From: Thermoanaerobaculia bacterium
GTDB taxonomy: Bacteria > Acidobacteriota > Thermoanaerobaculia > UBA5066
NCBI GenBank assembly: GCA_963719225.1
Contig: CAVRAY010000001.1
Location: forward strand, 3,072,001-3,136,000
Direction of reading: 5' to 3'
Length of the DNA: 64,000 nucleotides
Every line of letters begins with the position of its first letter. Position 1 is the first letter of the stretch. Of the stretch, positions 57,743 to 64,000 are shown piece by piece. Both the position numbers and the translations under genes were made by a program. The notes under the pieces were generated by a model. The model was not told where the DNA came from. It worked only from the letters and a program-made list of their open reading frames with translations, and searched no databases.

Positions 57743-58481
57743 AGAGCTGAATCGCGTCGAACGTGCCGTGAGCGAAGATCGAAGCCACGGCGTTGCCGGT
57801 CTTCGCGAAGGCCGCGGCGAGGACCGTCGTGATCGCGAGCAGCCCAACGAAGAAGAACGGCTCGCCGTACCCGGCATGCGCGAGGAGGAAAAAGGCGGAA
57901 GCGGGGAGGGCACCCAGGCGGCGCTGCAGGAACGACCGAAAATGGAATTCCTCGAGCGTCATCGCCAGGAGGACGAGAAGGCCCCGCTGCGCGGCCGGAC
58001 GCGAGGCCAGCCAGCTCACGAGGGGCGGCACGGCGCGGTGCGGCTCGTAGTCGAAGACGCGGAAAAGAAGGGCCGCGCTGATTCCCACGACGATCGTGAG
58101 AGTCCAGCCGATGAGCCCGAGGGCGACGCCCGCGCCCGCTTCGGCGAGCGGACGCTTCGAATCGAGCCCGAGGAAGGAGGCCGGCGACGGTCTGCCGCTG
58201 AGGAGCCACCAGGCCAGGAGGAAGAGCGCGAGGAGCGCCTGCACGGCGAACACCTGCGAGAAGCGCAGAGACGAGACGTCGGGCGCCCGCCCCCCGGCGG
58301 CGGCGGGAAGGAGCGTCGTGGCGACGAGGACGAGGGCGAGGAGGAGGAGCGCGAGGCGCTTTCTCCACGGAGAGGAAAAAAGGTCGCGCCGGAAGGCACC
58401 CCTGCGGTCGGCCACGAAGACGATGGCGAAGATGAGCGGCAGGCCCGCGCCGAAGAGGAGAGATCTGTCGAGCGAGGTCAC
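57699..58481 (-). CDS. CPBP (CAAX-like) intramembrane glutamic endopeptidase
   Basis: LEEFHFR, FLLAH, AHGTFD; multiple TM segments. Confidence 0.88.
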   Translation of the reverse strand: MTSLDRSLLFGAGLPLIFAIVFVADRRGAFRRDLFSSPWRKRLALLLLALVLVATTLLPAAAGGRAPDVSSLRFSQVFAVQALLALFLLAWWLLSGRPSPASFLGLDSKRPLAEAGAGVALGLIGWTLTIVVGISAALLFRVFDYEPHRAVPPLVSWLASRPAAQRGLLVLLAMTLEEFHFRSFLQRRLGALPASAFFLLAHAGYGEPFFFVGLLAITTVLAAAFAKTGNAVASIFAHGTFDAIQLFIFLPAALKLLAGD

Positions 58482-58509
58482 GCGTGGGAGCCCGGAGGGC
58501 GGGAAGACT

Positions 58510-59838
58510 CTAGCAGACGGGCCGCATCACGACCGGGCGGGCCGCCGGCCGCCCGAGAAGGAAACCCTGGCCCCACGGGACGCCGAGGGCACGGAGGCTT
58601 TCCAGCTCGGCCCGCCTCTCGATGCCTTCTGCGATCAGCTCGGCGTCGATGCGCTCGCCCAAAGACGCGAGCGAGCCCACGATCTCGCGCTTGATCCGAT
58701 CCTTGTCGAGGCCCGAGACGAGCGTGTGGGCCACTTTCACGTACTCCGGCCTGAGCTGCACGATGGACTCGAGGCCGGAATAGCCCGAGCCCGCGTCGTC
58801 GATCGCGAATCCGAAGCCGGCCGCGCGCAGCCGGCCGACGACTTCGCGAAACGCCGGGTAATTGAAGACGACCTCTTTCTCGGAGAGCTCGAGCACGATG
58901 TCCCCGTGCACGCGGCCCATCTCGGCGAGGTTGCGGTCGTCCAGGAAAACCGAGTGCGTCAGCAGCCGCGCCGAGGCGTTCACGAACAGCCGTTTCTTGC
59001 GGGCGGCCCTGGGAAGCGACGAGAAGACCGTCTCTACGCACAGGCTCTCGAGCTCGAGGACGAGGTCCCCCTCGCGCGCGACCGCGAACAGCTCGTCGGG
59101 CATCTCGAGCTCGTGCCCCGCCGGCCCGCGGATGAGCGCCTCGTAGCCGAGGACCTCGCCCGACGTCACGCCGACGATGGGCTGGAAGACCGCGCGCAGC
59201 TTCTTCGCGGACAGGAGGGCCTTGAGCCGCTCGACGAACGATTTCTTCTCGCCGCTTTCGCGCGCGTCGGCGAGGCGTGCCGCCTCCGCGAGCGCGCGCA
59301 TGACCTGGCGGGAGGGCCGAACGCGCGGATCGTCCGGAACCACCAGCGCGGTCGCGTGGATGTGCATGAGGTCGACCGCGGACCGCCCGAGCGCCTGCTT
59401 CAGGCGGCGCCCGACGCCCTGCCGCAGGCGCGCGGCCTCCGCCTCGAGCGTGACGCCGTGCCTTCCGGGGGCACGCCGAGCCACGTCGAAAAGGAGGAAG
59501 ACGCCGTCCGAGCCGTTGAATGACATCGCGAGGAGCCCCGGGGCGAGAGGCGAGGCCGTGATGTCCTCGCGAAGGCTCGCCGCCGTCACGCGCAGGATCC
59601 GGTCGTAGAGCTCCCATCCGTAGAGGCTTTCGACGCCCGCGAAGCGCCCGAGCTGAATGTAGACGACGCCGAGATTCGCGACGCGCTCCCCCTTGAGATC
59701 GGCGAACGGGTGCAGGGTCAGGCCCGTGACGGCGTCGTGGAGCAGCGATTCCAGGCGCAGTTTCTCGATTTCGGGCACTTCGACCGACGCTCGCTCGGCG
59801 ACGAGCTTCAGGGAATCCCGGCGCGGCACTTTCGTCAT
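58510..59838 (-). CDS. EAL-domain phosphodiesterase with degenerate N-terminal GGDEF-like domain
   Basis: FQPIV, YEALIRG, LFVN, ELSE, DDAGSGYS, YVKV, AEGIE, QGF. Confidence 0.9.
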   Translation of the reverse strand: MTKVPRRDSLKLVAERASVEVPEIEKLRLESLLHDAVTGLTLHPFADLKGERVANLGVVYIQLGRFAGVESLYGWELYDRILRVTAASLREDITASPLAPGLLAMSFNGSDGVFLLFDVARRAPGRHGVTLEAEAARLRQGVGRRLKQALGRSAVDLMHIHATALVVPDDPRVRPSRQVMRALAEAARLADARESGEKKSFVERLKALLSAKKLRAVFQPIVGVTSGEVLGYEALIRGPAGHELEMPDELFAVAREGDLVLELESLCVETVFSSLPRAARKKRLFVNASARLLTHSVFLDDRNLAEMGRVHGDIVLELSEKEVVFNYPAFREVVGRLRAAGFGFAIDDAGSGYSGLESIVQLRPEYVKVAHTLVSGLDKDRIKREIVGSLASLGERIDAELIAEGIERRAELESLRALGVPWGQGFLLGRPAARPVVMRPVC

Positions 59839-60224
59839 GGCTCTCCTCTCGACGGCCGGGAAGCCGTCAGGGCGCGCACGCGCGCCCGCAGCTCCTCGGC
59901 CCGAAACGGTTTCGTCAGGTGATCGGTTCCGCCCACCTGCATCGCGGTGATCCGGTCGCGCACGTCCCCGCGCCCGGTCAGAAAGAGGATGGGCAGATCG
60001 CGCGTGATGGGCTGGCGGCGCACGATCTCGCACAGCTCCCAGCCGCTGAGACCGGGCATGCTGACGTCGAGAACGAGGAGAGCCGGCGGATCGTTGAGCA
60101 CGGCCCGGAGTGCGGCGGCGCCGTCCGTCGCGCCGTCCACGTCGAAACCGTCGAGCGACAGGACCGCCGCCACCGCCTCGACCATCGCCGGGTCGTCGTC
60201 GACGACGAAGACGCGTTCGCTCAC
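59835..60224 (-). CDS. Single-domain response regulator
   Basis: VVDDD, LDVSMPGLSG, FLTG, TKPF. Confidence 0.94.
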   Translation of the reverse strand: MSERVFVVDDDPAMVEAVAAVLSLDGFDVDGATDGAAALRAVLNDPPALLVLDVSMPGLSGWELCEIVRRQPITRDLPILFLTGRGDVRDRITAMQVGGTDHLTKPFRAEELRARVRALTASRPSRGEP

Positions 60225-61501
60225 GCCTCGGCCTCGCGCGAGACCGGAAACATGATGGTGACCTCGAGCCCGTGGCCGGGTTCGGAGAGGAGGGAGATCT
60301 TTCCCCCGTTCTTTTCCAGCAGATCCTTCGTGACGCCGAGGCCGATCCCCCGTCCCGGCACGCCGGCCGCGGAGGTGCTCCGCCAGGCGAAGGTGAACGC
60401 GTGCTTCTGCTCGTCCGGCGTCATCCCGGCCCCCGTGTCGCTGATCACGACGAACGCGTGCTGCGCGACGACGCTCGCCCTCACGCGCACCTGTCCGCCG
60501 GCCGGCGTGTACTTGACCGCGTTGTCGAGCACGTTTCGGAACGCGCGCTGGAGAGCGACCGGGTCAGCGGCGACGGGGATCTCCGCCCCCTCGGCGACGA
60601 ACTCGAGCCGCACCCTTTCTCCATGGGCGAGCCGGTAGGACTCGACGAGCGTCGAGAGAACGCGCACGAGATCGGAGCGGGGTGCCTTCGGAGCGGCGGG
60701 AGCGGCGGCCGGCGGTGACGCGAGCGGGGCCGGGGCGGGCGCGCGCGGCGGCATCCCGGCGAGGGACTCCATGAGCGCCAGCTCGCGCGCGAGCCCCGCG
60801 AGATGCGCCTCCGAGGGCGGCTCCCCGCGGCGTGCCGCCTCCGCCACGAGGTCGCCGTACACGCGGAGGACGGTGATCGGCGACTTCAGGTCGTGAAGGA
60901 TCTCGCTCCTCGGATCGCGGCCCGGTGCCGGGAGGCTCGGAGGTGCGCCCGCGACGCCCGGAAGGACGGGCTCCCGCCCGGTCGCCGCGCCGGCGTGCCT
61001 CGCGGGAGTCGTGAAACGCAGGACGAGCTCGACGCCGAAGACCGCCGCGGCCGGCCAGAGAAAGCGCAGGACATTCGACCGCGCGGCGGCAGCCGTGGGC
61101 GCCGGGTCGAGGACGACGAGCAGGGCCAGCCCCGCGTACGCGCCCACGAGAAGGAAGCGTCCGCCTTCACGTGAGATCGCCGCTTCGGCCGCGACGTAAA
61201 CGACGAGGAGCGGAAAGAGGTCGCTCGCGGGGCCGCCCGTCTTCACGAACGCGACGAGCATGAGGGCGAGAGGCACCAGGAGGCGGAGCGGCGCGGCGAA
61301 GGGACCGAGAAGACTCGTTCCCGGCGAGGTCGAAAGGAGCACGCCCGACACGAGCGCCGCGGCCGCGAGGATCGCGAGAGCCGGAACTTCGGGAGGCGCG
61401 ACGGCTCCGGAGCCGAGGAGGACGAGAAGGGACAGGGACAGGAGGGCCGGCCCGACGAGGCCCGCCCCCGCGGCGGCGCTCAGGTGCGGACGCCCGTCCA
61501 G
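60221..61501 (-). CDS. Membrane sensor histidine kinase
   Basis: HDLKSP, NVLDNAVKYT, DTGAG, GIGLG. The hydrophobic frame extends upstream of GTG 61351 to a possible CTG start at 61501. Confidence 0.88.
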   Translation of the reverse strand: MDGRPHLSAAAGAGLVGPALLSLSLLVLLGSGAVAPPEVPALAILAAAALVSGVLLSTSPGTSLLGPFAAPLRLLVPLALMLVAFVKTGGPASDLFPLLVVYVAAEAAISREGGRFLLVGAYAGLALLVVLDPAPTAAAARSNVLRFLWPAAAVFGVELVLRFTTPARHAGAATGREPVLPGVAGAPPSLPAPGRDPRSEILHDLKSPITVLRVYGDLVAEAARRGEPPSEAHLAGLARELALMESLAGMPPRAPAPAPLASPPAAAPAAPKAPRSDLVRVLSTLVESYRLAHGERVRLEFVAEGAEIPVAADPVALQRAFRNVLDNAVKYTPAGGQVRVRASVVAQHAFVVISDTGAGMTPDEQKHAFTFAWRSTSAAGVPGRGIGLGVTKDLLEKNGGKISLLSEPGHGLEVTIMFPVSREAEA

Positions 61502-61513
61502 ATCGACCTCTTT

Positions 61514-62659
61514 TCAGTGGACATAAGCACAGCCGACCCGAAGGCGGCCGTCCGAAAGGGGGATCGTGTTGACCTTCCGCATCGCCACCCGATGCGGTTC
61601 GCCGCTGTATCGCTGCAGGATCTCGCCCTCGAGCCGGTCGGAAGACCTCTCGCGGGAGGTGACGAACGCGAGTCCCCCGTAAGAGATGTCGGTGACTTCC
61701 GCGAGGCCTCCGTTGCGCGCGCCCCGGCCGCCCATCTTCAGCGTCAGGCCCGGCACGGAAAAGCGCGGAAAGCGCCGCGTCCTCTCGAATGGCTTCGCGG
61801 TCTGGCGCTTCGAGGCGTAGAGACGGATGTCGCTGACCTTGAGGAGGAAGTCGAGAAGCCGGCCGTCCGTCGGGAACGTCGCGACCCCGTAGTTGAGACC
61901 CACCTTGAGGCCGACGCGAAGGGGAAGCCGGATGCCCGCCACCTTGTGCCGGATGCGTTCCGCCACGGCGAGGCTGTTCACGACGTCGCTGTTCGGAAGC
62001 ACGGTGACGAACTCGTCGCCGCCGTAGCGGCAGCCCGCGTCCACGACGCGCAGGGATTCCCGGATGACCTTCGCGGTGCGCACGAGGACCCCGTCGCCCA
62101 CGGGGTGGCCGAGACGATCGTTGATGGACTTGAAGCCGGCGAGATCCATCATGAGGACGGAGACGACGCCGCCCGCGCGCTCGGCTCGGGAGACCTCGCG
62201 GTCGAGGTGGTCGTGGAGGAAGCGGCGGTTGTAGAGGCCCGTGAGCGGATCCGTGATCGCATTCACGCGCAGGGCCGAGATCTCGTTGTCCGACAGGAGA
62301 CGCGGCTCCTTCAGCTTCCCGAGGCGGCTGTGGAACTCGTGGAGGAGAGCCGTCTGGAGGGAAACGGGCGGCCCGAGCGTCGTCTCCATCTTCTCGAAAG
62401 CGCTTTCCACGCGTGCCCACATCGGCGGCACGTCGTTCACCGGGATCGTCACGCCGATCCACTCGACGAGGAGAAGTCGAAGAAGCTCGGCGCGCGTGAT
62501 GCCCACGCTCGCGGCGCCCAGATCGCGCTCGAAGCGCTCGCGCGAAAAGCCCCGGGCGCGTCCGAGGCGTGCCAGCCGGAAGACCCGGGCGGAGAGATCT
62601 TCTTCGGGCAGCATTCGTTCAGGCGCGACGGCGGGCGGCGAGGGCGCCGACGAGGCCAC
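61514..62659 (-). CDS. Diguanylate cyclase (GGDEF) with C-terminal PilZ-like domain
   Basis: DPLTGLYNRR, FKSINDRLGH, RYGGDEF; C-terminal RRFPR...DISYGG. Confidence 0.9.
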   Translation of the reverse strand: MASSAPSPPAVAPERMLPEEDLSARVFRLARLGRARGFSRERFERDLGAASVGITRAELLRLLLVEWIGVTIPVNDVPPMWARVESAFEKMETTLGPPVSLQTALLHEFHSRLGKLKEPRLLSDNEISALRVNAITDPLTGLYNRRFLHDHLDREVSRAERAGGVVSVLMMDLAGFKSINDRLGHPVGDGVLVRTAKVIRESLRVVDAGCRYGGDEFVTVLPNSDVVNSLAVAERIRHKVAGIRLPLRVGLKVGLNYGVATFPTDGRLLDFLLKVSDIRLYASKRQTAKPFERTRRFPRFSVPGLTLKMGGRGARNGGLAEVTDISYGGLAFVTSRERSSDRLEGEILQRYSGEPHRVAMRKVNTIPLSDGRLRVGCAYVH

Positions 62660-63107
62660 CCGACTCTTCGCGCGCGAGAGACTCCGCGGCGCGCGCGACG
62701 TCCTCGACGGTCTCGCCCACCGGGAAGACGAGCATGAGCTGGCCGCCGTGGAGGAGATCCACGAGCTCGCTGTCCGTCCGCGCCCACAGGACCCGTCCCT
62801 GCGCGACGAGAAGACGCGCTCCGGCGACGTCGGGCCTCGACGGGTCGAGCCGCCGGAGCGTCTCGACGACGCGACGCACCTCCTTGAGGCCGAACCCGGC
62901 GGCGCGCAGCCGGCCCGCGACGCGGAGCCGCACGACGTCGCTGAACGAATAGCGCCGCTTCGTGCCGTAGCCTCCGGCGCTCGCGAGAGACGGCGAGAAG
63001 AATCCGAGCCGGTCCCAGTGGTCGAGCTGCCGCGCGGAAAGTCCGGTCAGCCGCGCCACCTGCGCGGTCGAGAACGAAGCCTGGAGAATCCGGCGGTTGA
63101 ATTTCAC
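62619..63107 (-). CDS. MerR-family HTH transcriptional regulator
   Basis: FSTAQVARLTGLSARQLDHWDR...RRYSFSDV; TATAAT upstream. Confidence 0.88.
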   Translation of the reverse strand: MKFNRRILQASFSTAQVARLTGLSARQLDHWDRLGFFSPSLASAGGYGTKRRYSFSDVVRLRVAGRLRAAGFGLKEVRRVVETLRRLDPSRPDVAGARLLVAQGRVLWARTDSELVDLLHGGQLMLVFPVGETVEDVARAAESLAREESGGLVGALAARRRA

Positions 63108-63233
63108 GGTTGTATTCTCTAATTATAGCCACGTCCCGGCCAAAAAGGGTCGTCGGGACCGGATTCCGCTCGCGGGCTGCTAAAGTTGTCCTGCGCCTCG
63201 CCTTTCGCGGCGTTCATTCGAGGTTTCGCGAGC

Positions 63234-64000
63234 ATGCGTGAAGAGCTGAGCCGGATCGATCTGTCCCCCATCTCCGACCTCGTGCGGATCAAGAAAGAGG
63301 AGCAGCTCCTCGACGAGCGCCTCAAGAGCATGGAAGTCCGCGCGGAAAAGGTGTCTTCGCCCGTCTACGAGCGCGTCCGAAAGGACTACGAGACGCGGCG
63401 GGTGGCGCTCGAGCAGGAGTCGCAGCCTCTCAAGGAGAACGCGCGCCGCGAGTACCGGCGGCTTCAGGCTCTCCGGAGCGAGGTCGAGAAGGCCGTCGAG
63501 GCGGCGTCGTTCGACAAGGAGGAGGTCGAGTTCCGCCGCGAGCTCGGCGAGTTCCCGGACTCCGCTTTCAAGGAACGGCTCGCAGCCTGCGAGAAGCACC
63601 TTGCCGAGGAGCGCCAGGACCTCGAGGCCGTCCTGCAGATGAGGGCGACATTCCTCGACGCCTTCCGGGATGAGGAAGACCTCGAGACGCCGGTTTCCGG
63701 CCCCGAAATACCGGCTTCTGCGCCTTCGGCGCCTCCGCCCCCGCCCCCTCCGCCTTCCGTGCGACCTGCTCCGCCCGTCGCGCCGTCCCCACCGCCGGCC
63801 GAGAACGTCATTCAGCCGCCGCCCCCGTTCGGAAAGCCGCCCGCGCCGGCGCCCGAGCCTCCGGAGTCCACGGTCGTTCTCACGCGCGCGCGGCTCGCTC
63901 TCCTGGACGGAGATAGAATCGCGAAGGAGTTCCCGCTGAGGCCCGGGGTCTCCATCCTCGGGCGCCTCGCCCTGAGCGACATCCACCTGCCGACTCCGGA
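63234..64000 (+). CDS. Coiled-coil / Pro-rich / FHA-domain protein (runs off the window)
   Basis: Manual translation MREELSRIDLSPISDL..., coiled coil, Pro-rich linker, ending EFPLRPGVSILGRLALSDIHLP (start of an FHA domain). Confidence 0.75.
   Translation, partial: MREELSRIDLSPISDLVRIKKEEQLLDERLKSMEVRAEKVSSPVYERVRKDYETRRVALEQESQPLKENARREYRRLQALRSEVEKAVEAASFDKEEVEFRRELGEFPDSAFKERLAACEKHLAEERQDLEAVLQMRATFLDAFRDEEDLETPVSGPEIPASAPSAPPPPPPPPSVRPAPPVAPSPPPAENVIQPPPPFGKPPAPAPEPPESTVVLTRARLALLDGDRIAKEFPLRPGVSILGRLALSDIHLPTP

Noticed and set aside
61514-61516. Selenocysteine read-through of the TGA between cyclase and kinase
   Set aside because: There is no Cys-equivalent catalytic context and no convincing SECIS-like hairpin; an RBS and CTG follow the stop.
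1-64000. tRNA, rRNA, integrase or transposase genes
   Set aside because: None was recognised by eye; intergenic gaps are short and lack cloverleaf signatures.

Overview
GC-rich bacterial chromosomal segment. Gene content and style suggest Acidobacteriota, probably Thermoanaerobaculia; this is an inference. About 50 genes: ppdK (cut by the left edge), dnaK-hspR-sigma70-dnaC-like, mazG, an envC / ctpA-like / divergent deacetylase cluster, sthA, two VapBC toxin-antitoxin pairs, two IPTL-CTERM-like surface proteins (one of 3209 aa), an RsbW/STAS pair and a c-di-GMP/two-component cluster. No rRNA, tRNA, CRISPR array or transposase was recognised. The most striking unexplained locus is 2852-5393. 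It holds a sigma-70 region-2-only protein translationally coupled to a TPR protein. A terminator follows, then a 51-aa ORF (4745-4900) absent from the ORF track. That ORF has a hydrophobic N-terminus and three tandem ISSTPIG cores that differ only at synonymous sites, which resembles a peptide-signalling (RRNPP-like) or multi-core peptide system. Other observations: a dispersed palindromic element family (TTCTTAGAAGG..TGA / TCACC..TTCTAAGAA) that also appears inside coding sequences, widespread -10 boxes 5-8 nt before start codons (leaderless-type), a CtpA-like protease lacking its Ser/Lys dyad, and a heavily frameshifted dnaK that is probably an assembly artefact.
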